NCBI GenBank assembly: GCA_965243125.1
Contig: OZ251529.1
Coordinates: forward strand, 1,683,729-1,747,728
Source: Dehalococcoidia bacterium
GTDB lineage: Bacteria > Chloroflexota > Dehalococcoidia > Bin125
Direction of reading: 5' to 3'
Length of the DNA stretch: 64,000 nucleotides
The stretch's first letter is position 1, and each line of letters opens with the position of its first letter. The notes under the pieces were generated by a model. The model had not been told where the DNA came from, did not search any database, and saw only the letters and a program-made list of their open reading frames with translations. Shown one piece after another: positions 1 to 9,869 of the stretch. The position numbers and the translations under genes are program-made.

Positions 1-50
1 GCGCAGTCTAGCCGAGTCGCGGCCCACCGTGCATCGCGCCCTCGAAGCGG

Positions 51-138
51 TGGTGCCGGGAGAGGGACTCGAACCCCCACGGCTTCAACAGCCAGCGGAT
101 TTTAAGTCCACCGCGTCTACCAGTTTCGCCATCCCGGC
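51..138 (-). tRNA. tRNA-Leu, anticodon TAA
   Basis: The reverse complement folds as a class II tRNA of 88 nt. The 7-bp acceptor stem is GCCGGGA/TCCCGGC and the 3' end is CCA. The anticodon loop is cuTAAaa, there is a long variable arm, and a GGTTCGAGTCC T-loop is present. Confidence 0.8.
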
Positions 139-247
139 GGGGCGCATGGGCTTGTTAGACGATAGCCGACGATCGGCTCGGATCGGAATCGCCCTCCCTT
201 TGCAGGGTCCATTGCGAAATGCTGGTTGGGGGCGAGGTCGGTTGGAT

Positions 248-274
248 CCGTCATTCCTGCGTAGGCAGGAATCC
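248..274. repeat. hairpin repeat element ccgtcattcctgc-gtag-gcaggaatcc (CGTCAT-hairpin family)
   Basis: An 8-bp perfect stem attcctgc/gcaggaat is flanked by gtc..cc. An exact reverse-complement copy lies at 382-408, so the pair forms a larger inverted repeat around 108 bp immediately after tRNA-Leu. Confidence 0.6.
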
Positions 275-381
275 AGGCGATCTCGTGGCTGCAAGTCGTC
301 TGCGGCGCTTCGATGGCCTCCCAAAGCGGCGTTTGTGGGCCATTGAGCGTCCGTGGCGTGAACGGACGGCGGTGGTCGCCT

Positions 382-408
382 GGATTCCTGCCTACGCAGG
401 AATGACGG
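382..408. repeat. inverted copy of the CGTCAT-hairpin element, with partial extra copies at 419-430 and 441-452
   Basis: This is the exact reverse complement of 248-274. Downstream lie the partial direct repeats ggcaggaatgacgg and gggaatgaccg. Confidence 0.6.
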
Positions 409-549
409 ACGGGGTTGGCAGGAATGACGGAGGGAGTGGTGGGAATGACCGAGGGAGCGGCTGGAGGCCTTTGGCGGATTACGCACTGGGACCAAGTTGA
501 AGAGAGAGGCGGAAGAGGGGCCTCTTGGTGGAGGGAGTGTCTCTTCCCC

Positions 550-2979
550 TTACCGCTCCGACTCCCAGGCGATCGCTGTGCCGTCCGTCGTTACCGTGAT
601 TCGGCCGCGCTCGTCGGTGCGGAGTGCTATTGCGCCTTCGCGTTCCAGCAGCGCGAGGACGTCGGGATGCGGGTGGCCGTGCGGGTTGCCTGCGCCGACG
701 CTGATGATCGCCAGACTCGGTCGTACGCGGCGCAGCAACAGATCGGTGGTCGAACCGCCGCTGCCGTGATGCGGCACTTTGAGCAGCTGCGCCGTCAGAT
801 CGCACGGCGCGGAGCCGCACAAGCGGCGCGCCAGCGCCAATTCCTGGGCTGCGCCGATGTCGCCGGTGAACAGCGCCCGCAGATGCCCGTAGGTCAGCCG
901 CAGCACGATGCTCTCGGCGTTGAAATCGGGCGCATCCGCCGGTGAGTCCGAACTGGGCGGTGCGCCCGTCGGCCAGAGCAGCTCGAGCACCAGCGGCGGG
1001 CGGCCGCCGCGATCGGGCAGGGTGATCCGCGTCCCCGCTTGCCCGACCGCTACCGCTACCTCGTGCTCCGCCGCCAGCTGCTCCAGCCGACGGCCCAGCG
1101 CGGCGCGGCTGTTCAGCGGCGACACCACGATTTGCCCGATCGCATAGCGCCCGAAGAGGTCGATGAAGCCGCCGATATGGTCGATCTGCGGGTGGGTGAC
1201 GATCAGCAGGTCCAGCCGTGCGTGCCCGCTCGGCAGCGCGTCGCGCAACTGCGCGAGCAGGTCGTCGGCGTCTTCCCCGCCGTCGATCAGCACCGTTTGG
1301 CCGGCCGGCGTGCGGATCAGGGTTGCGTCGCCCTGCCCGACGTCGAGGAAGTGAATTTGCAGCGCGTCGTCCCGCTCGAACGCCGCGAGCCAGACAGCCG
1401 CGGCGGCAGCCGCCAGCACCGCGGCCGCCAGGGTCGGCGCGGCCTGCGCCGGGAGCCGCGAGCGGATCCCTCGCGGGCGCAGATGCTCGCCGTAAGGCCG
1501 CACCGCGATGATCGCCATCGCCGCGTAGATCAGCGCGGCGTGGCCGGCCGTGAAGCCCGCCACGGTGCGCTCCGCGCCCGGCCAGCCGGCGAAGCTCTCA
1601 GCGATTAGCGCGAACCAGCGCAGCGGCAGCCAGGCGAGCGGCCAGGTCGCCGCCGCGGCGAGTTGTTCGCTGATCAGCCCGAGCACGCCGACCGACGCGC
1701 CGCCCAGGAACATCCAGGCGAAGAGCGGCGTGGTGAGCAGATTGGCCGGCAGGGCGACGAGCGAGACGCGCTCGAAGTGCAGCGCGATCAACGGCATCGT
1801 GGCGGCCAGCGCGATCGCGTTGATCATCGCTAGGTCGAGCAGCGTCCCGCGCAGCCCGCGATCGCCGCTCAGGAATCGCTGTGAGAGCGTCGGCGCAAGC
1901 GCGGCGATCGCCAGCGCCCCGGCGAACGACAGTTGGAACGACAGATCCGAGAGAATTGACGGCGTCGCCGCGGTCATCACCGCCGCCGCGAGTACGAGCG
2001 CGTGCGGCGCGCCGGCCGGACGCCCCAGCGCGTGCGCGGCGGCGAATACCACCGCCATCACCGTGGCGCGCAGCACCGGCGCGTCGGCGCCGACGAACAG
2101 GCAGTAGCCGATCGCCGCGACGATCGCCAGTATTCCCGCGCCGCGCCGGCCGATTAGCCAGGCCGAGGCCGAGATCACCAGCGCCGCCAGCAGCGTCACG
2201 TTGCTACCCGAGATCACGATCAGATGCGACAGCCCCGCCGCGTTGAAGTCGTCGCGCAGGCTGCGATCCAGCGAGTCGCGGCTGCCCGTGACCATGCCCT
2301 GCGCGACGCCGGCCAGCGGCGGCGGCAGCGCCGCCGCGAGGCTGCGATTCATCGCGTCTCGCGCGTCATCAAGCGCGCGCCGCGCCCAGCCGACGCCGAC
2401 GTGTTCCAGCACCGATACCGAGTCGACCTCGCCGACCGCCGCTGCGCGAAGGCGCGCCGCATAGTCGCTCCAGTTCGAGTCGCCCAACTCGTCGGTCAAC
2501 AGCCGAAACCCGCGCAGTTCGACGCGGTCGCCGAGGATCGCGGCGGTCGAGAGCGGCGCGCGGGCGATGAGATCTCCGTTGACCTCAAGCTGCTCATCCG
2601 CAAGCTGCACCCGCTCCGCGCGCACTCGCAGCTCGATCCGCTGCCAGCTGCGGCGCGGACGCTCGACCACCACTCCGACGACCGTCAGCGGCTGCTCGAC
2701 GAGCGCGGGCTGTTGCAGATCGAGCTGCGCGAATCCGTCGTCCTCCGCGTCGGCCCGCCAGACGCCCGCGGCCAGCGCCAGCGGTGTGAGCAGCAGCAGG
2801 GCGAAGCTCAGCCGCGCTTCCGGACGCTCAAACCACAGCTGCGACGCAGCCAGCGCGCCGACCGCCGCCGCCGTAAACAGCCCCACCGCCAACCAGACCG
2901 CGCCCGCGCCGCCGAGCGCGACGCCGGCGACGAACGCCGCCGCCCAGAGCGTCAGCGGAGCCTGATAGAGACGGCTCAC
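550..2979 (-). CDS. comEC: DNA internalization competence protein ComEC/Rec2 with C-terminal metallo-beta-lactamase domain
   Basis: This is an 809-aa polytopic membrane protein. Its C-terminal region carries the metallo-beta-lactamase signature VTHPQIDHIGG. It overlaps upstream comEA by 4 bp. Confidence 0.9.
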   Translation of the reverse strand: MSRLYQAPLTLWAAAFVAGVALGGAGAVWLAVGLFTAAAVGALAASQLWFERPEARLSFALLLLTPLALAAGVWRADAEDDGFAQLDLQQPALVEQPLTVVGVVVERPRRSWQRIELRVRAERVQLADEQLEVNGDLIARAPLSTAAILGDRVELRGFRLLTDELGDSNWSDYAARLRAAAVGEVDSVSVLEHVGVGWARRALDDARDAMNRSLAAALPPPLAGVAQGMVTGSRDSLDRSLRDDFNAAGLSHLIVISGSNVTLLAALVISASAWLIGRRGAGILAIVAAIGYCLFVGADAPVLRATVMAVVFAAAHALGRPAGAPHALVLAAAVMTAATPSILSDLSFQLSFAGALAIAALAPTLSQRFLSGDRGLRGTLLDLAMINAIALAATMPLIALHFERVSLVALPANLLTTPLFAWMFLGGASVGVLGLISEQLAAAATWPLAWLPLRWFALIAESFAGWPGAERTVAGFTAGHAALIYAAMAIIAVRPYGEHLRPRGIRSRLPAQAAPTLAAAVLAAAAAAVWLAAFERDDALQIHFLDVGQGDATLIRTPAGQTVLIDGGEDADDLLAQLRDALPSGHARLDLLIVTHPQIDHIGGFIDLFGRYAIGQIVVSPLNSRAALGRRLEQLAAEHEVAVAVGQAGTRITLPDRGGRPPLVLELLWPTGAPPSSDSPADAPDFNAESIVLRLTYGHLRALFTGDIGAAQELALARRLCGSAPCDLTAQLLKVPHHGSGGSTTDLLLRRVRPSLAIISVGAGNPHGHPHPDVLALLEREGAIALRTDERGRITVTTDGTAIAWESER

Positions 2980-3359
2980 GGCGGCGTCTCGCGCACGCTC
3001 AGCGTGACCAGTTCGGCGATCGCCGCGCGTTGCCGCGCCGTCAGGATGCCGGCATTGGCCAGCTCGTCAAGAGAGACGATCGGGGCCGCCGAGCGCCGTT
3101 CGATGATCGCCGCCGCGGTCGTGGCCCCGATCGTCGGCAGCGCTTCAAGCTCCGCGCGCGCCGCGTAGTTCAGATCCACTCGCGTCGGCGCGCCGACCTC
3201 GGCGGCGACGCCGCTGAGCGACGGCAGCGGCTCGATGATCGGCGGTGGCGGGCCGCCCCCGCGCACGATTGCCAGCAGCACTAGCCCGGCGGCGAGCAGC
3301 GCGCCGAACACGCCGGCCGGCGCCCAGCGCAGCGTTCCTTGCAGCATCATTTGCAGCAT
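2976..3359 (-). CDS. comEA: ComEA-like DNA-binding competence protein (N-terminal TM helix plus tandem helix-hairpin-helix)
   Basis: The HhH motifs are LNYAARAELEALPTIG and SLDELANAGILTARQRAAI. Start was chosen at MLQMM, preceding the TM helix GVFGALLAAGLVLLAIV; the listed ORF extends further 5' with no support. Confidence 0.75.
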   Translation of the reverse strand: MLQMMLQGTLRWAPAGVFGALLAAGLVLLAIVRGGGPPPPIIEPLPSLSGVAAEVGAPTRVDLNYAARAELEALPTIGATTAAAIIERRSAAPIVSLDELANAGILTARQRAAIAELVTLSVRETPP

Positions 3360-3459
3360 CGTCCGCGTTCGGTGGTACGGTGAAACGGCGTTCGACACGC
3401 GGGCAATGTAGGCGCAGCTCCACTTGCGCGAAGCGGGATGCAGCGAAGAGGTGGCGGGA

Positions 3460-4386
3460 ATGGCGCGGTCGTTTCTGCGGGTCGCCGACCTCAGCGCCGC
3501 CGAAATCTCGGCGGTGTTGGATGCCGCGCAGGCGCAGAAGGCCGACCCCGGCGGCGCGCATACCCGTTCCTGGAGCGGCAAAACCGCCTTTCTGGTCTTC
3601 CAGAAACCGTCGCTGCGCACCCGCGTTTCGTTTGAACTGGCCGTTCGCCGGCTCGGCGGCGAGCCGCTCTATCTGTCGCCGCCCGAAGTCGGGTTGGGCG
3701 AGCGCGAGCCGGCCAGGGATGTCGCCCGCGTGCTCGATCGCTTCGGTGACGTGATCATCTGCCGCACCTTCGAGCAGCAGCAGCTCGACGAGCTCGCGCA
3801 GCACGCGGCGATCCCGATCGTCAACGCGCTCAGCGACTGGGAGCATCCCTGCCAGGCGTTGGCTGATCTGCTGACGATTCGCGAACACGACAGCGAAGAT
3901 GGGGCGGCGGTGGGGCGCACGCTGGCCTACGTCGGCGACGGCAACAACGTGGCGCGCAGCCTGATGATCTGCGCGGCGGGCGAGGGGATGCAGGTCCGCA
4001 TCGCCTCTCCGCCCGGCTACGAGCTTGACGCGGCGTCGATCGAAATTGCCGAAGCCCGCGCCGCGGCAAGCGGCGGCGGCGTGCAGGTCGGCGGCGACCC
4101 CGGCGCCGCCGCGGACGGCGCGGATGTGGTCTACACCGATACCTGGACCAGCATGGGGCAGGAGGCCGAAGCCAAGGCGCGGGTTGAGGCCTTTGAGGGC
4201 TTTCAGGTCAACGCGGAGCTGCTCGCGTTGGCGCGTCCGGAGGCGCTCGTGATGCACTGTCTGCCGGCCCATCGCGGCGAAGAGATCAGCGATGCGGCGC
4301 TGGAGAGCGGGCAGTCGGTCGTCTTCGACCAGGCGGAAAATCGCTTGCACGCGCAGCAGGCGCTGCTCTGGCGGCTCTTGGGCTAG
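3460..4386 (+). CDS. argF: ornithine carbamoyltransferase
   Basis: The STRTR-type motif SLRTR, the HPCQ motif and the HCLP motif are all present. Start was chosen at MARSFLRV, the internal ATG of the listed ORF. Confidence 0.9.
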   Translation: MARSFLRVADLSAAEISAVLDAAQAQKADPGGAHTRSWSGKTAFLVFQKPSLRTRVSFELAVRRLGGEPLYLSPPEVGLGEREPARDVARVLDRFGDVIICRTFEQQQLDELAQHAAIPIVNALSDWEHPCQALADLLTIREHDSEDGAAVGRTLAYVGDGNNVARSLMICAAGEGMQVRIASPPGYELDAASIEIAEARAAASGGGVQVGGDPGAAADGADVVYTDTWTSMGQEAEAKARVEAFEGFQVNAELLALARPEALVMHCLPAHRGEEISDAALESGQSVVFDQAENRLHAQQALLWRLLG

Positions 4387-4429
4387 CGGTGGTTCGCGCA
4401 TCCTGAAACCCCGGCGGGATCCACCGATT

Positions 4430-4528
4430 CCGTCATTGCCGCGCTCCGCCGCGGCAATCTCGCCGAGTGCGGCGTCAACCTTTGTGCTCTGCCCGGCGAG
4501 ATACCCGCGGCAAGCGCGGGTATGACGG
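4430..4528. repeat. about 99-bp MITE-like composite of two head-to-head CGTCAT-hairpin elements
   Basis: One half is ccgtcattgccgcg-ctccgc-cgcggcaatctcgccgag; the other is cggcgagatacccgcg-gcaa-gcgcgggtatgacgg. The termini are inverted. It lies in the argF-cdaA intergenic region. Confidence 0.55.
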
Positions 4529-4634
4529 AACGGGGACGGCGGGGTGTGACGAAAGGAGCGGCGTTGGCGTTACTCTTTGGGTTGGCAGGCGATCTGAGCG
4601 AGATCTCGGCGGCATCCCGCCTCCGGCGTGAGGC

Positions 4635-5543
4635 GTGCGGAAGGTTCGCGGCGTGGGTGGTCTGATCGACGATGTCCAGGCGGCGTTCAGCGACTTCGGC
4701 TGGACCAGCATCTTCGAGGTCGCGGCGATCGCGCTCGTCCTCTATCTGACCCTGCGCCTCCTGCGCGGCACGACCGCGATGAGCGTCGTGCGCGGGATGG
4801 TGATCATCTTGCTGATCGCCGCCGTGCTCGCCCGCATCGTCGACTCCGCTGTGCTCAACTGGATGTTCGACAACGCGCTCCAGGTGCTGCTGATCGTCGT
4901 GCTCGTCGTCTTCCAGCCCGAACTGCGCCGCGCACTCGAACATGTCGGGCGCGCGCGCGGCGTCCGCGCCCCGATCGGGGCGCGGCAGCCTTACCGCGAC
5001 CTGATCCCGATCGTCGCCGCCGTCGCCGGCCGTCTCTCGCGCGAGCGGATCGGCGCGCTGATCGTCTTTGAGCGTCAGACCGGCCTCGAAGAGCTGGCCG
5101 ATAGCGGCGTGCGGGTCGGCGCGCTGCCTTCCGCCGATCTGCTCGGCAGCATTTTTCAGCCGGGTTCCGCGCTGCACGACGGCGCAGTGCTGCTGCGCCC
5201 GGGCGAGGTGCTCGCCGCCGCCTGCATTTTGCCCACCGCCGCCGGCGGACACGCCGACAGCGGGCGCTCGCCCGGCGTCGAGCATCTGCACTACGGCACG
5301 CGCCATCGCGCCGCGATCAGCGTCACCGAGCAGACCGACGCGATCGCCGTCGTTGTTTCCGAGGAAACGGGCCTGATTTCGCTGGTCGAAAGCGGAGAGA
5401 TGCGGCAGGGCGTGGACCCCGCCTCGCTTGAGCAGTCGCTGGCGCAGCTGCTGCGCGCGTCGCGCAGCGGCGGCGGCGGCTTTTGGGCGCCCCGGCGCAG
5501 CGCCGCCGATCGCAGCGGAGGCGCCGCCCCGGCCGGCTCCTGA
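4635..5543 (+). CDS. cdaA: diadenylate cyclase CdaA (DisA_N domain, 3 N-terminal TM helices)
   Basis: Three N-terminal TM helices precede a DAC domain with the motifs DGAVLL and GTRHRAA. The start codon is GTG. Confidence 0.88.
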   Translation: MRKVRGVGGLIDDVQAAFSDFGWTSIFEVAAIALVLYLTLRLLRGTTAMSVVRGMVIILLIAAVLARIVDSAVLNWMFDNALQVLLIVVLVVFQPELRRALEHVGRARGVRAPIGARQPYRDLIPIVAAVAGRLSRERIGALIVFERQTGLEELADSGVRVGALPSADLLGSIFQPGSALHDGAVLLRPGEVLAAACILPTAAGGHADSGRSPGVEHLHYGTRHRAAISVTEQTDAIAVVVSEETGLISLVESGEMRQGVDPASLEQSLAQLLRASRSGGGGFWAPRRSAADRSGGAAPAGS

Positions 5544-6793
5544 TGCAGCGCGGCAGATTCGGCCGCGTCGCTCAGGAGGCCACGCTGGTGGCCACCGTGC
5601 TGGTGCTCGCGCTTGCGATCTGGTTCGTGATCACCGACGTTCAGAACCGCGAGATCGAGCAGCCGCTCGGCTTCAGCCTGCCGGTCAGCGTGATCAACCT
5701 GCCCGCCAACCTCGCCGTGGCCGGCGACGCATTGCCCGTCTCGCTCACGGTGATCGGCAAGCGCAGCTCGCTCGACGCCGTTTCGCCCGACGACTTTTCC
5801 GCCACGATCGACGCGCAGGGGCGGGCCGCCGGACAACACAGCCTGCCCGTGCGCGCGGAGTCGCTGATCGAAGATGTGCGGGTGCGCGCCGTGCAGCCCG
5901 AAACCGCCGTTCTGACCCTGCAGGAGCTCGTGCGCCGCGAAGTCCCCGTCCGCGCCGAGACGATCAACCCGCCGCCGCTCGGTTTCAGCGTCGGGCAGCC
6001 CGAAGTTGCGCCGACGCGCGCCGTCGTGACCGGCATCGCCCGCGATGTCGAGCAGGTTGACGCGGTCGTCGCCCGCCTGGACCTCGGCGGCGCGACCGTC
6101 TCACTTGAGGGCGATGTCCAGCTCGAAGCGCGCAGCAGCGGCGGGGCGGCCATCTCCGGCATCGAGGTGCAGCCGCGCTTCGCCCGCGTCGCCGTGCCGA
6201 TCTCGCAGGAGGTCTTTCGCCGCGCAGTGATTGTCAACGCCGATGTCCAGGGCGTCCCTCGGGCCGGCTACCGAGTGGTCGAAATCACTGTTGAGCCGGC
6301 CACCGTCGAGCTGTTCGTGCCGCTCGGCGCAACCGTCGACGACGCGATCTCCACCGAGCTGGTCGACATCGAAGACCGCCGCACCACTGTCCGCCGTCTG
6401 TTCCCGCTCGCGCTGGGCGACTCCGCGCCGGCCGGCCCTACCGAAGTGCTGGTGACCGTGGTGATCGAGCCGATCGAGTCGACTGTGCGGCTCTCCGCCG
6501 CCGTGCGCGCTGAAAATGTCGGGGAGGGGCTGGATCTGGTCATCATTTCCCCCGATCTGGTCCAGATTGAGCTGCGCGGCCCGGCCGAGGAGATCGCCCG
6601 ATTCGAAGGTCCGCTCAACGACGCGATCGTCGACGTTTCCGATCTCGGCCCCGGTCGGCATACCGTAGAGGTCACGGCCGAGTCCCCGGACGGCCTGACG
6701 GTGATCGGCCTGCTGCCGCGGCGCGTCACCGTCGTCCTGATGCGGCAGCTGCCGCCCGAAAGCGATAGCGAGGCCGACAACAGCGATGAGTGA
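5543..6793 (+). CDS. cdaR: YbbR-like CdaA regulatory protein CdaR
   Basis: The start overlaps the cdaA stop as ATGA. An N-terminal TM helix is followed by repeated YbbR-like beta domains. The cdaA-cdaR pairing is canonical. Confidence 0.8.
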   Translation: MQRGRFGRVAQEATLVATVLVLALAIWFVITDVQNREIEQPLGFSLPVSVINLPANLAVAGDALPVSLTVIGKRSSLDAVSPDDFSATIDAQGRAAGQHSLPVRAESLIEDVRVRAVQPETAVLTLQELVRREVPVRAETINPPPLGFSVGQPEVAPTRAVVTGIARDVEQVDAVVARLDLGGATVSLEGDVQLEARSSGGAAISGIEVQPRFARVAVPISQEVFRRAVIVNADVQGVPRAGYRVVEITVEPATVELFVPLGATVDDAISTELVDIEDRRTTVRRLFPLALGDSAPAGPTEVLVTVVIEPIESTVRLSAAVRAENVGEGLDLVIISPDLVQIELRGPAEEIARFEGPLNDAIVDVSDLGPGRHTVEVTAESPDGLTVIGLLPRRVTVVLMRQLPPESDSEADNSDE

Positions 6794-8192
6794 ACCCACC
6801 GCCAGCGAAAGCGAACCGCGCGACGCCGATATCCGACCCGCGCCAACCGACCTGCCTTGCGTGGCGATCGTCGGCCGCCCCAATGTCGGCAAATCGACTC
6901 TCTTCAACCGGCTGGTGCGGCGTCGGCAGGCGATCGTGCGCGACGAGCCCGGCACCACGCGGGACCGCAACTACGGCGACGCCGAGTGGCGCGGGCGGCA
7001 CTTCACGGTGATCGACACCGGCGGCCTGCTCGGCGAGCAGCTGATCGGCCCCTACGCCGACTCCGTCGCCGATCAGGTCGCGCAGGCCGTCAGCGAGGCC
7101 GACGCGATCGTGCTGGTCGTGGATGTGCAGGCCGGTTCGCTCCCCGCCGACCTCGAAGTGGCCGAGCTGCTGCGCCGCGTTGAGCAGCCCGTGACGCTCT
7201 GCGCCAACAAGGCCGATAACGCCGCCCAGCGGCAGAACGCCGACGAATTTTTCGCGCTTGGGCTCGGGGAGCCGGTCCCGATCAGCGCTCACCACGGGCG
7301 CTACGTCGACGACCTGCTGGACCGCGTGATCGCCGACCTGCCGCAGCAGGCTCCGCCGGTTGCGGCGCAGGACGGCGCCGGCTGCCGGCTGGCGATCATC
7401 GGCCGCCCCAATGTCGGCAAGTCGTCGCTGGTCAATGCGATCGTCCGCGATCAGCGGATGATCGTCAGCGAGGCGCCCGGCACCACCCGCGACGCCGTGG
7501 ACACCGCGCTGACCTTTGAAGATCAGTCGGTCGTGCTGGTCGACACGGCCGGCATCCGCCGTCGCGGGCGCGTCGAGCCGGGCGTGGAGCGGGCTTCCGT
7601 GCGCCGCGCCGCGGCCGCGCTGCGCCGCGCCGATGTGGCGGCCGTGGTGATCGACGCGCACGAGGGCATCACTTCTCAGGATCAGCACATTATCGGCATG
7701 GCGCTCGATGAGGGCGCAGGCCTTGTTTTGGTGATGAACAAACTCGATCTGCTCAGCGACGAGGACGGCCTGCGCGGCAGCCGCGAACGCCAACTCGCGG
7801 GACGCGCGCGCTTCGTCCCCTGGGCCCCGATCGTCTGGGTCTCGGCGTTGACCAGCGAGAGCATTGACTCGGTGGTGGCCGCCGCGCTGCATGTGGCGGA
7901 GCAGCGCCGCATCCGGGTGCCCACGCCGCGACTCAACGCGATGCTGCGCCAGGCGACGATCGCCCGCCCGCCCGCCACCCTGCGCGGACGCCCGATCAAG
8001 TTCTTCTACGCCACCCAGACCGAGATCGAGCCGCCCACATTTCTGTTCTTCCTCAACTACCCGGAAGGGCTTCACTTCTCCTACGAGCGCTATCTGATCC
8101 GCAAAATCCGCGAGACATTCGGCTTCAGCGGCGCGGCGATCCGCTGCCGCTTCCGCGCGCGCGGCGGCGACGCGAACGGCAGGCGATCGTGA
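6786..8192 (+). CDS. der: ribosome-associated GTPase Der/EngA (two G domains plus KH-like domain)
   Basis: Two P-loops are present, GRPNVGKSTLFN and GRPNVGKSSLVN. The DTGG and NKxD motifs are also present. Confidence 0.93.
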   Translation: MSEPTASESEPRDADIRPAPTDLPCVAIVGRPNVGKSTLFNRLVRRRQAIVRDEPGTTRDRNYGDAEWRGRHFTVIDTGGLLGEQLIGPYADSVADQVAQAVSEADAIVLVVDVQAGSLPADLEVAELLRRVEQPVTLCANKADNAAQRQNADEFFALGLGEPVPISAHHGRYVDDLLDRVIADLPQQAPPVAAQDGAGCRLAIIGRPNVGKSSLVNAIVRDQRMIVSEAPGTTRDAVDTALTFEDQSVVLVDTAGIRRRGRVEPGVERASVRRAAAALRRADVAAVVIDAHEGITSQDQHIIGMALDEGAGLVLVMNKLDLLSDEDGLRGSRERQLAGRARFVPWAPIVWVSALTSESIDSVVAAALHVAEQRRIRVPTPRLNAMLRQATIARPPATLRGRPIKFFYATQTEIEPPTFLFFLNYPEGLHFSYERYLIRKIRETFGFSGAAIRCRFRARGGDANGRRS

Positions 8193-8204
8193 TCGGGGCC
8201 CGGC

Positions 8205-8825
8205 ATGATTGAGGCTTGGGTCGTCGGCCTGCTGCTCGGCTATCTGTTGGGCTCGATCCCGACCGGGCTGTGGCTGGGGCGCTGGCGCGGCGGCGTGGAT
8301 ATCCGCACCAGCGGCAGTGGACGCACCGGGGCGACGAACACCTTCCGCAGTCTCGGTCTGCGTTGGTCCGTCGCCGTGCTGCTGCTCGACGCGCTCAAGG
8401 GCGCGGTCCCGATCCTGATCGTGACGGCGATCTGGGACAGCCCCACCGGCGACGTGCTGGCCGGGCTCGCCGCGATCTTCGGTCACCAATTCCCGCTCTA
8501 CGCGGGCTTCAAGGGTGGTCGGGGCGCGGCGACCGCGATGGGCGCGTCGCTGGCGATCGTGCCCGTGGGGCTGGCGTTCGCGCTGCTCACCGCGCTGCCG
8601 GTGCTGGCGGTCTCGCGCGTGATGTCGCTCTCGGTGCTGCTCGGCGCGACCGCCGCCGCCGCCGCGATTGCCCTGCTCGCCTGGTTCAGCGACAGCCCCA
8701 ACGCCTACATCGGCTTCGCCGCCGGCGCGTGGGGCTTAATCGTCTGGGGGCATCGGGACAACATTGAGCGGATTCTGAACGGCACGGAGCGCGTGCTGAC
8801 GCGCTCGCGCGGCGCGGGTTCGTGA
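8205..8825 (+). CDS. plsY: glycerol-3-phosphate acyltransferase PlsY
   Basis: The motifs GSGRTGATN and FKGGRGAATAMG are present in a polytopic membrane protein. Confidence 0.9.
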   Translation: MIEAWVVGLLLGYLLGSIPTGLWLGRWRGGVDIRTSGSGRTGATNTFRSLGLRWSVAVLLLDALKGAVPILIVTAIWDSPTGDVLAGLAAIFGHQFPLYAGFKGGRGAATAMGASLAIVPVGLAFALLTALPVLAVSRVMSLSVLLGATAAAAAIALLAWFSDSPNAYIGFAAGAWGLIVWGHRDNIERILNGTERVLTRSRGAGS

Positions 8826-8826
8826 G

Positions 8827-9837
8827 ATGGCGCGGCACGCCGTGATCGTGGGCGCAACTTCTTGGGGCTGCACGCTGGCGCTCACCGCCGTCCGCGCCGG
8901 CAACGCTGCGACCGTGCTCTGCCGCAGCGAGGCTGAAGCGAGCGAGCTGCGCGAGCGCCGTGAACTGCGCCGGCTGCTACCCGGCGTCGCGCTGCCGCTC
9001 GAGATCCGCTTCATCGCACCCGCCGACCTGCCCACCGACCTGCCCACCGACGCGATCGTTTGGGCCACTCCATCGCAGCGCCTGCGCGAGAACGCCCGCG
9101 CCCTGCTCCCGTTGCTTCCGCACTCGACGCTGCACGCCAGCGCCGCGAAGGGTCTGGAGCAGGACTCGCTGCTGCGGATGAGCGAGGTACTGGCGCAGGA
9201 ACTGACAGCTGCCGCCGTCGACACTCCTGTCGCTGCGTTGTCCGGCCCCAACCTCGCGCGCGAGATCGCACGGGGGCTGCCGGCGGCGACGGTCGCGGCC
9301 TCAGCCGACGCGCAGGCGCGCGCCACGCTGCGCGATCTTTTCAACTCGCCCAGCTTCCGCGTCTACACCAACGACGACGTGATCGGCGTCGAACTCGGCG
9401 GCGCGCTGAAGAACGTGATCGCGATCGCCGTGGGCATCGCCGTCGCGCTGCGCTCCGGCGACAACGCGCGCGCCGCGCTGATCACGCGCGGGCTGGCCGA
9501 GATCGCCCGGCTGGGCGCGGCGCTCGGAGGCTCCGCGGCGACATTCGCCGGACTCGCCGGGCTCGGCGACCTGCTGGCGACGGCGATCAGCCCGCAGTCG
9601 CGCAATCGCACGCTCGGCGAGCGGATCGGCGCGGGCCTGACGCTGGAGGCGGCGCAGGCCGAAACCCCGCACGTGATCGAAGGCGTCGAAACTACCCGCG
9701 CCGCGCTCGCGCTGGCCGAGCGCGCCGCCGTATCCATGCCTGTCACCGCGCTGGTTGGGCGCGTGCTCTTCGACGGCCTCGCTCCGCAGGACGCCGCGCC
9801 GCTGCTGATGCAGCGCGCGCCGCAGGATGAGGCGTAA
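8827..9837 (+). CDS. gpsA: NAD(P)H-dependent glycerol-3-phosphate dehydrogenase
   Basis: An N-terminal Rossmann GxGxxG motif, GGALKNVIAIAVGI and LGDLLAT are all present. It lies 2 bp after plsY. Confidence 0.9.
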   Translation: MARHAVIVGATSWGCTLALTAVRAGNAATVLCRSEAEASELRERRELRRLLPGVALPLEIRFIAPADLPTDLPTDAIVWATPSQRLRENARALLPLLPHSTLHASAAKGLEQDSLLRMSEVLAQELTAAAVDTPVAALSGPNLAREIARGLPAATVAASADAQARATLRDLFNSPSFRVYTNDDVIGVELGGALKNVIAIAVGIAVALRSGDNARAALITRGLAEIARLGAALGGSAATFAGLAGLGDLLATAISPQSRNRTLGERIGAGLTLEAAQAETPHVIEGVETTRAALALAERAAVSMPVTALVGRVLFDGLAPQDAAPLLMQRAPQDEA

Positions 9838-9869
9838 GCTCGACCGAAGCACACTGAGTAGGAGCGATC

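Noticed and set aside
3145-4401. 418-aa ORF on the minus strand
   Set aside because: It is entirely antisense to argF, whose OTCase motifs are unambiguous. It is a typical high-GC shadow ORF with an Arg/Ala/Gly-rich low-complexity product.
6726-8489. 587-aa ORF on the minus strand
   Set aside because: It is antisense to der (two clear GTPase P-loops on the plus strand). The product is low-complexity.
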